In this document: positions 19,401 through 29,074 of the stretch, in pieces
Layout: each line of letters starts with the position of its first letter
How positions within the stretch are numbered: position 1 is the stretch's first letter
Virus record (IMG/VR): IMGVR_UViG_3300037091_000121
Location: 3,203-67,202 of that record
Strand: one strand, 5' to 3'
Length of the DNA: 64,000 bases
Origin: a virus
Made by a program: the position numbers and the translations under genes
The notes under the pieces: model-generated
The model's database searches: none
What the model was told of the DNA's origin: nothing
The model's input: the letters and a program-made list of their open reading frames with translations, nothing else

Positions 19401-21434
19401 TCATCTGTTTCTCCAATGGCTGGATGATTGGCTTATAAATCCAGGAGTAGGAGCCGGCGCATCCTCATCATCCAAAGGCTCCGGTCGTGCCGAGAGACGA
19501 GAGGCCACATAGGCAACCGCATCCATAATATCCGAAGCATCATCCTTCGCAGGCTTGTCACTATAATCTCCATTAGGATATCGCTCGAATGTGTTTCCAG
19601 TAATGAATGTCTTCCCGTTCCTGCGAGCAATCCAAGATCCCGAATCTGTCTCGGGGCACCATACCATGGGAACCGTAACATCGACTCTATGAAGGTCAGC
19701 CATTCCTACTCCAATCTTTTTGGGTCTCCTGAAGGAAATAGACCAACTTCCTCCCTTCCCACGACTATCATACTTTCGAAGGTATGGATCTAGTCCAGAA
19801 ATAGTTCCCATCATTTGCAATCTGTTAAGAGCATCCATATTTCTTCCGGATTGCGATATGATAGGAGCAGCTCCCAACCTAGAGAAGAAAGATGGAACAC
19901 TATCAAACGGAACCGGGGGTGACGGCAGTTGATCCAATGCCCCTTTCCCACCGCTCCCATCTCCACGTATGAACTCATACAAAAACAACCGGAGTTGATG
20001 AGTAGGCATCTCCGCAATCATCTCGTAAGACGGATACTTATCTGGCATACATTCTCGTAACTGTTGAGCAGTCTCGTATCGTATATACCAGACATACTTA
20101 TCGCCATACGGCCCAGTTCTGGTCGTTCCGTGAAACGATTCCAAAAGACTAGTCAACTCCTCCACATACTTAGGATTCGACTCTTCTGACTGGCACAGAG
20201 AAACAGTTCCGTCTTTTCTATAGTGCCCCTCTGAACTTACCCAAGCACATAGACGAATGAACTCATCGCTGTATCGTCTCTTCCCTCCATGCCCTATATG
20301 CGCTAATGAAGATGTCGTAACCAAGAAGTGGTTAGTATTCAAGTCCATCGCCGGGATGAACTCCGGAGCATCTAGTCGATAACCTCTACCTCCTCGAACA
20401 TGGCGTTTCACCGATAGGCACCGATGCCCCGGCGTAACTACCATATCAACGGATCTTCCATAGAAGTTAATGCAGTCAACCGGAATTCCCTCGAACCTAT
20501 GGACTGCCTTTAGAGTTCCCAATCGGAGTTTCCCGCCGTTCGACTTACCCAATGACTCGTCGTAAACGTATACATCCTCCCCTTCCAACAATTCGTTGTG
20601 CTTCTTCCAGCCCCTGGTAGTGAGGGCCTCGGTTTCCTCATCAACACAGTATAAACCTTGGAAGCAACGAATCATATAATCCTCTCTTGGGTCAATAATG
20701 AAAGCAGGAAGTCCATCTCCTACCTGGGATGTAAGTCTAGCTCTAACCGCCTCAATCCTCTTCTGAACGCTGATAACACCAGGGACTACATTCAATCCCC
20801 ATCCTGGCTTATCAGCATAGAGCCCTCTACCGTTCTCGTCCTCTCCCATGAACAATCGAATTCCTGTCCGTAAGGTCTCCCAGCAACTCCGCATGTCTTG
20901 ACGGCTTCCATCGGACCTGGTAGGGACAGTGTTCCCGGCCGGGTCCCCGATGATAACCATAGGTATCTGTTTAAGAGTCCGACCATACGGTTCCCCGTAA
21001 TTCTTCTCAATGTGTTCTGCCATCCACTCCGCGAACTCGTAGAAGGACGAGTCTTGCCCCCTACTTGGATGCAGGCTGGGGAAGATTTGCCACTGCCCCC
21101 AAGGATTCAACTGGGTGATAGCCAGAGCAGGGCACCCCGGAGCGTCGAGCCCGCAATGAAGAGGCAACTCCGGCCAGTATCGCAACTCCTCGGCGGCTAC
21201 GTGAGTATCCCACTTGAACTGCGGATATACCGCCATTCCAGAGGATGCAGACCAGTTGATCTCAAGTTCCCGCTCAATCTGGTCGTCTGACATTCCCGTA
21301 CACGCCGACTCAAAATCATACTCAGGAACAATTGAATAATGCAGGCGGGCAACCCAGTATCCGTCGACAGTCTTCCTCAACCCAAGAGGTGCGGATTCTG
21401 GATCGGCTGGTCTAGGAGCTTTCTCGTCTATCAT
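19401..21434 (-). CDS. Terminase large subunit, C-terminal nuclease half, containing an intein
   Basis: ERELEINW...GMAVYPQF...CGLD...IGDPAG...IEAVRARL...SDIMDAVAY. Confidence 0.8.
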   Translation of the reverse strand: MIDEKAPRPADPESAPLGLRKTVDGYWVARLHYSIVPEYDFESACTGMSDDQIERELEINWSASSGMAVYPQFKWDTHVAAEELRYWPELPLHCGLDAPGCPALAITQLNPWGQWQIFPSLHPSRGQDSSFYEFAEWMAEHIEKNYGEPYGRTLKQIPMVIIGDPAGNTVPTRSDGSRQDMRSCWETLRTGIRLFMGEDENGRGLYADKPGWGLNVVPGVISVQKRIEAVRARLTSQVGDGLPAFIIDPREDYMIRCFQGLYCVDEETEALTTRGWKKHNELLEGEDVYVYDESLGKSNGGKLRLGTLKAVHRFEGIPVDCINFYGRSVDMVVTPGHRCLSVKRHVRGGRGYRLDAPEFIPAMDLNTNHFLVTTSSLAHIGHGGKRRYSDEFIRLCAWVSSEGHYRKDGTVSLCQSEESNPKYVEELTSLLESFHGTTRTGPYGDKYVWYIRYETAQQLRECMPDKYPSYEMIAEMPTHQLRLFLYEFIRGDGSGGKGALDQLPSPPVPFDSVPSFFSRLGAAPIISQSGRNMDALNRLQMMGTISGLDPYLRKYDSRGKGGSWSISFRRPKKIGVGMADLHRVDVTVPMVWCPETDSGSWIARRNGKTFITGNTFERYPNGDYSDKPAKDDASDIMDAVAYVASRLSARPEPLDDEDAPAPTPGFISQSSSHWRNR
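19593..20648 (-). mobile_element. Intein (352 aa) with LAGLIDADG endonuclease
   Basis: Starts CVDEETEALT; block B VTPGHR; AWVSSEG and EFIRGDG endonuclease motifs; VWCPET block F; ends TGN followed by Thr. Confidence 0.9.
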
Positions 21435-21653
21435 TCAACTTTCGCCTCAACGCATTGTTTTCTAACTTAACTATCGCAAACTTGCCATGCCAAAACAAAG
21501 CCAGTTTAATTTGTTTCCCCCAATCCTTATTAGCAAAATCCAACCTCTTGCCCAATAACGAAACTTCTTTATTAAGACATCCAATATGCCTATGCATATC
21601 TTCAATCTGATCTTTCGCATCTGACAATTCTTTTGAAAGTTCTGTTTCGTATG

Positions 21654-21983
21654 TCACCTCTTTAACACCTTTCCCTTACCTCCCGGAATCGGGCTCTCCG
21701 CCACAGCCTTACCTGCCGGTTCCAGGGACTCTGGATTTGCCGATCCGCCAGTAGCCTTCTTCAGCACCTCTGCCGAGTTCTGCTTAACTGGCAGCGAGTC
21801 CCCTGCTCCTGTAGAGTGTAGCTTGCCAATTCGGGCGTAGTGCTCCTTACCATGCCGATCATTGGTCACTCCGCCGCCCTTCTTTCCTATTTTGGAGTAG
21901 TAATCTACCCCATGTTTCTCCTTCGTGGAGTTTCCGCCAATTCGTCCCCACTCGGCAGCCTGGTCTTTCTGTTTAGGTTCCAA
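21654..21983 (-). CDS. KGG-repeat stress-induced (GsiB/Con-10-like) protein
   Basis: GRIGG.STKEKHG.DYYSKIGKKGG...HGKEHYARIG repeats. Confidence 0.75.
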   Translation of the reverse strand: MEPKQKDQAAEWGRIGGNSTKEKHGVDYYSKIGKKGGGVTNDRHGKEHYARIGKLHSTGAGDSLPVKQNSAEVLKKATGGSANPESLEPAGKAVAESPIPGGKGKVLKR

Positions 21984-22191
21984 TTGGACACTCTTCCTTA
22001 ATATTCATTGTCTTCAAGAAACTTCTTTAGACGAATCAAATCCTCTTTACTTGATGAAAAACCCTTACCCCGGCACATCCCATCACAAACCCAAAACCCT
22101 GCTGAACCATCTTTATAGATAGTAACATCCATAGAGTTATTTCCAACATCATCTCCAAGTTCTAGTTTCAACCCTTCATCTGCCTTCTCCA

Positions 22192-23055
22192 TCATTCCTC
22201 CTCCATCTCTACCTGAATAGGCCGTGCTGTCTTGCCTCTCACTTCTCCGGAGACAATTTGCGCGGCGAAGCTAGGGTAAGCAGCAGTACTAATCGCTACC
22301 AAATGGCCTCCGCCTCTACAAGTTTGCAGAGCAGAGCAGACACTCGCCCTAGCCTCCTCCCAGGCCCCTAGCTCGTCAGCAAGGATAATGGTGACACCTG
22401 ATCCTCGCAACTGGTTCTCTCCCTGGGGAACAGCAGCTATGACAGTTCCATTGGATAGCCTGGCTCTCTCCCTTGTCCATACGAACTGGGGGAAGTTTGG
22501 CCACTTCTCTCTTCCCCCGTTTTCCTCGAACTGCTTAACCAAGAATCCGATGCGCTCGTTCAGGATTTCACTAGACCCGTTCTCGCCTCGAAACTTCTGG
22601 GCTGCCAGGATACACTTCCGGTTTCCCGTGGCGTTCATCAACTGCGGCCAGCGCGGGTCCTGACCTCCAGCAGCTATCCAGAGGAGGAAGGCGCACCCGG
22701 TCCAAGTAATCAGAGTTCGACGGCTCTTGGTGATAAGCAGGGGAGTCCTCTCAACTAGCATATCGTCTACGTGGCGAAGGTATGGCCAGTCAGGGATCAA
22801 CTGCACCTTGCCACCGCCGGCCTCATCTTTAGTCCAGCACAGTTCTGTTCTGAACCTGGTGAAGCTATGCTGCCAGGGATTAGCCTCTGCCCTCAGTCTA
22901 TCCCGATAGTGCTGCATCAGGATAGCAAACTGCTCTTCCGGGGTCTCCTTCTTGTATGCCGGCCGGATCGGCTGGCCCGTCAGTCTAGCTATAGCCGCCT
23001 CCTGGGTGGCGTGGAGGACTTCTGACTTCAGCGGACGCCCCCTCTTTACCGGCAC
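22192..23055 (-). CDS. Terminase large subunit, N-terminal ATPase half
   Basis: ITKSRRTLITW (Walker A-like), QLRGSGVTIILADE (Walker B), ISTA (motif III). Confidence 0.8.
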   Translation of the reverse strand: MPVKRGRPLKSEVLHATQEAAIARLTGQPIRPAYKKETPEEQFAILMQHYRDRLRAEANPWQHSFTRFRTELCWTKDEAGGGKVQLIPDWPYLRHVDDMLVERTPLLITKSRRTLITWTGCAFLLWIAAGGQDPRWPQLMNATGNRKCILAAQKFRGENGSSEILNERIGFLVKQFEENGGREKWPNFPQFVWTRERARLSNGTVIAAVPQGENQLRGSGVTIILADELGAWEEARASVCSALQTCRGGGHLVAISTAAYPSFAAQIVSGEVRGKTARPIQVEMEEE

Positions 23056-23573
23056 TTCTTGTTACCCTTCGGTTCCTGCAGGGACTTTACCATCTGCCCT
23101 TCCAACACATCGTCACCTTCAAGAGCAGCCCGCTTGAACCGTTCCAGCATCGCCTCGGCAGTAGGGACAGTCATCTTCATCTCTCGGACAAGCACCTCTC
23201 GGATAAGAACCTCCGTCTCACTCGCCGTCTTATCGGACACACGAACGGCAAGCGGCTGCTCTGGTAGTCCGAGAAACGTCTCCTTGAATACACGAGCAGA
23301 CTCGAAATGACCTCTCTCTGCCAAATACAGAAGCGTAGCCAATCCTTTCTCACCCAGCTTTCGGATGAGAGAGTCTCCCCATATGAGTGAACCTTCCTCA
23401 TCTCGGAAAGCGTTTTTATCGACGAATTCTTCCCATTCATCTTCAATCGCTTGTTTTATGTCAGGGGATTCGAAGTCAGCCTTACCAAGTCTTGCCACGT
23501 TATTTACGACCCTCGTTGATAGCGTTATCGACACCTTGAAGGGTGAAACACCTACGCAACTCCTGTAGCTCAT
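23046..23573 (-). CDS. Possible terminase small subunit
   Basis: Helical ORF directly upstream of the ATPase gene; call rests on position only. Confidence 0.4.
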   Translation of the reverse strand: MSYRSCVGVSPFKVSITLSTRVVNNVARLGKADFESPDIKQAIEDEWEEFVDKNAFRDEEGSLIWGDSLIRKLGEKGLATLLYLAERGHFESARVFKETFLGLPEQPLAVRVSDKTASETEVLIREVLVREMKMTVPTAEAMLERFKRAALEGDDVLEGQMVKSLQEPKGNKKCR

Positions 23574-23781
23574 CCAGAACCGGCTTTAGGAACTGCTTCC
23601 AGCGACGACAGTCGTGGCACTGCCCTTTGGCTGAAGGTTCCTCGGCGTATCCTCCACCGCATGTCTTGCAACAACCCCAACCCGGATCTTTGTCCTTGGT
23701 CATCGGAATATCCATCAGATTAGGTTCTTCCATATCCAACCCCTCCTTCTATCCTATCGCGATGCCTTGGTTCTTGTCAAG

Positions 23782-24240
23782 CTACTCGAAGAGATGGCTC
23801 CAGGTTTGACCAGACCAAATCTTATGAATAGTCCCTTGATAAACACCCAGGTCTTTGGCTATACTAGCCTGGGATTCTCCAGCAAGCATCCTAGCCATAG
23901 CGCCTATAACCTTTTCCTCGGTTAACCTGGAACCACTTGCTCGTTCCCCTCTAGCTATAAGTTCCGGGTTGCGCCTAGAGTAGTGATTATCACCACTTGG
24001 AATCCTCCCCTTTAATGCAGCATCATGCAGGTTGTCCTTGTTAGTCCCAAGGAATAGGTGATCCACGTTTATACACGCTCTATTATCGCAATGGTGACAT
24101 ACCATCATACCTTCAGGGATAGGGCCTTCGGATTCCATCCACGCCCACCGGTGAGCCAAGTATAGAACAGTTCCTCTCCTAATCTTCCCATATCCGTTTT
24201 TATACTTACATCCCTTGAAGATCACGCATTCAGACTCCAC
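23782..24240 (-). CDS. HNH homing endonuclease
   Basis: AHRWAW...VCHHCDNRACINVDHLFLGTNKDN. Confidence 0.9.
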   Translation of the reverse strand: MESECVIFKGCKYKNGYGKIRRGTVLYLAHRWAWMESEGPIPEGMMVCHHCDNRACINVDHLFLGTNKDNLHDAALKGRIPSGDNHYSRRNPELIARGERASGSRLTEEKVIGAMARMLAGESQASIAKDLGVYQGTIHKIWSGQTWSHLFE

Positions 24241-25903
24241 TAGTCTTCTCCTTCTTCTGCATCAATCTCTCAATCATAGAACTTCCCTTGCCCTTGCTCA
24301 AGTCCTTAAGCATATCCTCGGGAACTCCGCTCCGTCTCAAGAACCCAATCTGCTTCTGACTAGCAGGTTCTTTAATCCACTTGGCTTTAGTCCTGGTCCA
24401 GTCAGCAGAAGAACCCCATTGTCTCTCCACAGCCCTATCTGATAATCTAAACGCTTCCTCAATTCCATCCACCGATCTCGATCCCAGTTGCTTATCACCT
24501 TGATAAATCTCAGCGGTATACCTTCCAAGGTCATCTTGCTGAATCCTGGCTTCCCCCGCTCCGGCGATGACTAGCCTATAGCCCTCACGCCAAGGAGCCC
24601 AGATTCGGTTAGTAAGCCTACGAATGTCATCGGGGAGTTCATGGTCGGAAAAAAGGTCCCATTCCTCGCACTTATGATTGAGCTGCTCGACAGACCTCAT
24701 CCCCTCAAGCCTAGACGGAGGAACACCGCTTGCATCGACTTTATCCCGCACCTGATCGAGTCGCTTACCTGCAACGTCCATCGTGTCCGGCAAGCCAAAA
24801 ATCACGGGCGCCGTTACTAGTTTATTTCTCCTACAGTTATCTACGAGGTCTATCACTAGGAGATTTTCTTTCCCTGGAAAGATCCTAGTCCCTCGCCCCA
24901 TACACTGACTATAGAGAGAACTCGACTTCGTTGGGCGCAGCATGATGACACAGGATACCTTTGGCAGGTCCACCCCTTCGGTCAATAACGCACAGTTACA
25001 AAGCACGTCTATATGGCCGTCTCTGAATTCTTGGAGAAGTATAGCTCTCTCCTCCGGGTCCGTCTTACCAGATACAGCAGCCGCCCTAACCCCCTGCTCC
25101 AAGAACAGTTCGGCAGTATCGATTGCGTGCTTCACGTCCACGCAAAACGCCAGGGTGGGTCGCCCAGGGCACAGCTTTTTCCAATACTCCACGGCCATCA
25201 GAGACCGCTCTCGATGATTGACCGCTGCAGAGAGTTGGGAGGTAATGAAATCTCCAGCAGTAGTTCCTACATCAGCTAGGTCTGTTCCCGTCTCTACTCG
25301 ATAGGCCGAGATAGGACAAAGCCATCCTCCGGCGATAGCATCTCGGATGCCAAGATTGTAAGCCTCTCCCTCGAAGATGCGTCCAAGCGTCTTCTTGTCA
25401 CCGCGATTAGGAGTGGCTGTGCATCCGAGCAAGAACGGACCCCCCTCATCCCAACATCCCAGCGCCTTCAAGACCGACTTGTTACCAGGGGCAGCCGCGT
25501 GATGGACCTCATCATACACCACTAACCCTATGTCCATCTTCTCTACTAGGCGCTTCGCCCGCCTTGCCCCGTTCTGTGCCAACGTCTGGATGGAAGCAAC
25601 GATAACATCGGACCCCCAGTAAGCTGACTGCTCCGCCTTCTCGACGGAGATAGTGGCATCGGGCATCGCCTCCCTGATCTTATCAGCCGCCTGGTCTAAC
25701 AACTCTCCGCGATGGGCCAAAACCAACGAAGTTCCTTCTCCCGGCCACCTACGGATCAGATCAGCGAAAGCCACGGTTTTGCCAGTACCGGTGGCCATCA
25801 CCATCATCACTCGGCGCTTTCCTTCCGCCTTGCAGGCAAGGACCGCATCGACCGCCTGCTTCTGGTAGTCTCGGAGGACCGGTCGATCTGGGATGTCAGT
25901 CAT
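24230..25903 (-). CDS. SF2 DEAD/DEAH-box helicase
   Basis: LRDYQ, ATGTGKT, DEVHH, TAT, LTEGVD, QCMGRGTR motifs. Confidence 0.92.
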   Translation of the reverse strand: MTDIPDRPVLRDYQKQAVDAVLACKAEGKRRVMMVMATGTGKTVAFADLIRRWPGEGTSLVLAHRGELLDQAADKIREAMPDATISVEKAEQSAYWGSDVIVASIQTLAQNGARRAKRLVEKMDIGLVVYDEVHHAAAPGNKSVLKALGCWDEGGPFLLGCTATPNRGDKKTLGRIFEGEAYNLGIRDAIAGGWLCPISAYRVETGTDLADVGTTAGDFITSQLSAAVNHRERSLMAVEYWKKLCPGRPTLAFCVDVKHAIDTAELFLEQGVRAAAVSGKTDPEERAILLQEFRDGHIDVLCNCALLTEGVDLPKVSCVIMLRPTKSSSLYSQCMGRGTRIFPGKENLLVIDLVDNCRRNKLVTAPVIFGLPDTMDVAGKRLDQVRDKVDASGVPPSRLEGMRSVEQLNHKCEEWDLFSDHELPDDIRRLTNRIWAPWREGYRLVIAGAGEARIQQDDLGRYTAEIYQGDKQLGSRSVDGIEEAFRLSDRAVERQWGSSADWTRTKAKWIKEPASQKQIGFLRRSGVPEDMLKDLSKGKGSSMIERLMQKKEKTSGV

Positions 25904-26052
25904 CTTTCAATTCCCGCTCCTTTGGCCTTGATCGCATACAGGTTTTACAATTAACCCATATCCAATCTTCGGATGCCTTCACTCCTCCTTCACGGATAAC
26001 CCAACCACAGGAAGTCCAAGAGCCTTTGTTGAAATGGACTATCACTCTCGCC

Positions 26053-26778
26053 TTATTCATCTTCGCTCCAAAGGTCAATAGGGGCTTCGTTAGACCCTCT
26101 CTCTACAGCCTCGGAAGCCAACCGATCAGCCGCCTCATTCTCCACTACTCCGGAGTGTCCACGGACAAAAAGCATCTTGAACTTGGCGCACTCCTTGGAA
26201 AGGGTTCGGATCTCGTTTATCAAGCTCTTGTTCGCTTTAGCTATCCATTTCCCATGGATGACCCCTATCGCATACTGGCTATCGCTCATAACAGTGACCT
26301 TTGCAGAGTGCCGATCTGGTATCATCAACAGCGCCTCTCGGACAGCCATCAGTTCTGCGGCGTTGTTGGTAGACGGCCCGATGGCCTTGCCTCGCTCCGT
26401 CCTCCTGCCATCTGACAGCAGGACCACGCCAATCCCGCCAGGCCCTCCAGGGTTCGGCCAGCACCCTCCGTCGGTATAGGCCACGTAATCCACCGTCTTC
26501 GGAACCGGAACCTCCTTCGGGATCATGTAGTTCTTGGTCTTCTGCTCGAAGGCCAGTGGCCTTCGCTTTACCTTCTTCGTATCTACTACCTCGGGATTCA
26601 TCTCGCGATGGGTAATGTTCCTGGGATCGAACACAGCGAGGAAGTATCGAGCCTCCATTCCAGCCCCACTAGAGGACAGCTCCATCCTGAAGTGGAGGGC
26701 ACCCTCAAGCCCCCTCGCCACCGAGTCTGATAACCAATACATTGCGGTATCGTAGTCGTCAGTAGTCTGTATGGTCAT
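26053..26778 (-). CDS. rnhA: Ribonuclease HI with N-terminal extension
   Basis: YTDGGC..NPGGPGG.G, TNNAAEL, SDSQY, VRGHSG..ENE.AD.LA. Leaderless start 6 nt after a TTGACA-N17-TATACT promoter (26785-26813). Confidence 0.88.
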   Translation of the reverse strand: MTIQTTDDYDTAMYWLSDSVARGLEGALHFRMELSSSGAGMEARYFLAVFDPRNITHREMNPEVVDTKKVKRRPLAFEQKTKNYMIPKEVPVPKTVDYVAYTDGGCWPNPGGPGGIGVVLLSDGRRTERGKAIGPSTNNAAELMAVREALLMIPDRHSAKVTVMSDSQYAIGVIHGKWIAKANKSLINEIRTLSKECAKFKMLFVRGHSGVVENEAADRLASEAVERGSNEAPIDLWSEDE

Positions 26779-26837
26779 GGTTATAGTATACAGTCAAGGG
26801 GGTTGATTGTCAAGTGGGTTCGGTCTTGGCGGAGACA

Positions 26838-26986
26838 AAGAAAAAGCCCTCCGTCTTGTAAGACGGAGGGCTAATGAGAAATTGACCACAAGAGGAAGGG
26901 TTCACAGGAAGGAGCGCGGCTGGGCTGTGAAATCAGCTACGCTCACTAACTGAACCTAGTATAGTCCAGAAACTTTATTCTGTCAA
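26838..26986 (-). ncRNA. Promoter-terminator-bounded small RNA (~115 nt)
   Basis: TTGACA(26986-81)-N17-TATACT(26963-58), no ORF, ends in the AGCCCTCCGTCTT/AAGACGGAGGGCT hairpin + U-tract. Confidence 0.55.
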
Positions 26987-27025
26987 GGGGGTTGCTTCTT
27001 GATACTCATCCCGATATACTCTGGT

Positions 27026-28732
27026 ATGACACCAAAGAGATACACGGATGCAGAACTTCTCGGGCTTCTTGAACTGGTGAACGAAGACCATTACTCCTGG
27101 TTCTCGCCAATGGCTGTAAACCTAATCAATGAGCTTATCCAGTTGCGTAAGGAGATTAATGACCTTAAGGACCCGTTCGTGGAGGAATCGGAGTGAGTGA
27201 CAAGCTATCAACTCACTGGGTCTGTGGATGCGATGACACAGACAATTGCCACTGTCATAACTGCCTGATGGAGAAGATCGATGAGTCGGTGGTTCATCGT
27301 GATGACTACGAGAACGTATACATAGAACAGGGGATTTATCTTAGTAATTCCAAGGGAGAGATAGGTCTATTGAAAGATAGACTAATAACGTTAGAGAGAA
27401 CAATCGTTCTCCTTGAAGAGTGGATTAGCTCGATTCCGGATCACGTGGGGTTCTGCAAGCCGTTGGGATTGAGGAAGAAGGAGTGAGTGATGGATTACTG
27501 CTTTCACGGGTGTGTCTCCCACCTCTGCCGCAAGTGCGTGGAGGATGAGCGAGACGTTGCAGCCAAGCAACGTGATGAAGCCGTGTCTCATCGTGACGAC
27601 TACGAGACTCTCTACATAGAGAAGTGTATCGAGTTGAGGAAGTCCAGAGAAGAGGTTGAACGGTTGAAGGATAGATTATCGGAAGAGGAACTGGGAAGAA
27701 GGAGTGGATGATGGAGAACCGGATGGATATAGAACTTGATCTGGGCGGTGTGATTTCGTTCGGATCTGCCGGGGTGGATAGAAAGTTCATCCATTTTGAG
27801 ATAGGAGTGGATGAACCGTGGGGATACAGTCACCGACTCTGGCTTACATCCGAGGATCTAGAGAAGATTATCGAACTAGCTAATTCGACCAAGCAGGAGA
27901 TGTAGAGATATAGAGAAGGAGTTTGGGTTTTTGAACTATGAAGGAGAAGGAATGAAAGACGCTCTATCTAGATACAAGGAGCAGGCCCATCTGGTCGAGG
28001 CTCTGGAGCACCAGCGCCCTTTGCTGTCGGGAGATAGTGATAGGTCGAAGCTGGCTGCTAGATGGATACAGCATGCCATAGAGCGAGCTAATGAGAAGAT
28101 GGCTGAAGCACGAGTGGAATGTGAAGGATTGGGGGTCGATTGGCACGACTCTTGCAAGTAGGTAGGGTATGACAACCAAAAATCAAGTATCAGAACTGTT
28201 GGAAAGAGTGTCGGATTTGGAGAGGATCGTCACCCTCCTCGAAGAGTGGATTGACGCGCTTCCAGCTCACACAGGATTCTATAAGCCAGAGGGATTGTGG
28301 AAGAAGAATGAGTGACCTATGCTGCTGTAAGATGTGCTTGGATCACGTAACGGCTCAAGTGGAGTTCCTTGCTGCACAGAAGTTCTATGATGAGATGGTT
28401 CAGAAAAGATATAGAATGAGAAGCTTGGGTTACCATTGGTGTCGATATACCTGTGGGTGGGCTTCCGATGAAGTGGAGCGGCTGGCATCCACGCAATCTG
28501 AAACGAAATATAAAAGGAGTTCAGTATGGATGAAGTATTACAGAGTAGCGAGAAAGTTATGGGAAACTCCCAGATAACCGAATGGATCAGATTCTGCTTG
28601 TCCCAGTATCTGTCTGAAGGACAGCTAACCGCCGGAGAATTAGACAATCAGCTTGTCCTTCGCGTGTTTATTACTGTTAACAAGAAGAGTGTTCCCGAGC
28701 TATATATCATTAAGGTTAACAAGCAAGGGTGA
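27026..28732 (+). other. Cluster of small hypothetical ORFs with internally duplicated modules
   Basis: Overlapping short ORFs with AGGAG RBSs; HRDDYE..YIE and LER...LLEEWI...P.H each occur twice. Confidence 0.55.
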
Positions 28733-29074
28733 TGGTTTCTGGGATATTCTTGGGGTTTTGAGCACGAGAGAGTGCAAAATTATGCCAATCGAATGAGTGC
28801 ATACCCCCCCCTAGCAAGGACGACGACAGTAGAAGAGAAGCCTATCGAACAAGTGTTTGCTTCTCTGCGAATGGATACATCTAGGGATGATCGGCTCGAG
28901 GGCATCGATAGGCGCAGCACGGCGGGCAAGGAGGGGGCTCGAGTCCATGGGTGGTGCATCGGGTAGGGCTAGGGGCTAGGGCGTCAGGATGAGAGGCTGG
29001 GTGATTACGGGTGTGCGAGGTGGGGGCAGAGGAATGGCCCCTCGATGAGAGGAGCCTGGGTGAGAGGAGAAGGG

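Noticed and set aside
26925-26957. TTCACAG in the 26.9-kb sRNA as another family-2 guide
   Set aside because: Only about five poorly phased pentamers, the handle differs, and no hairpin directly follows.
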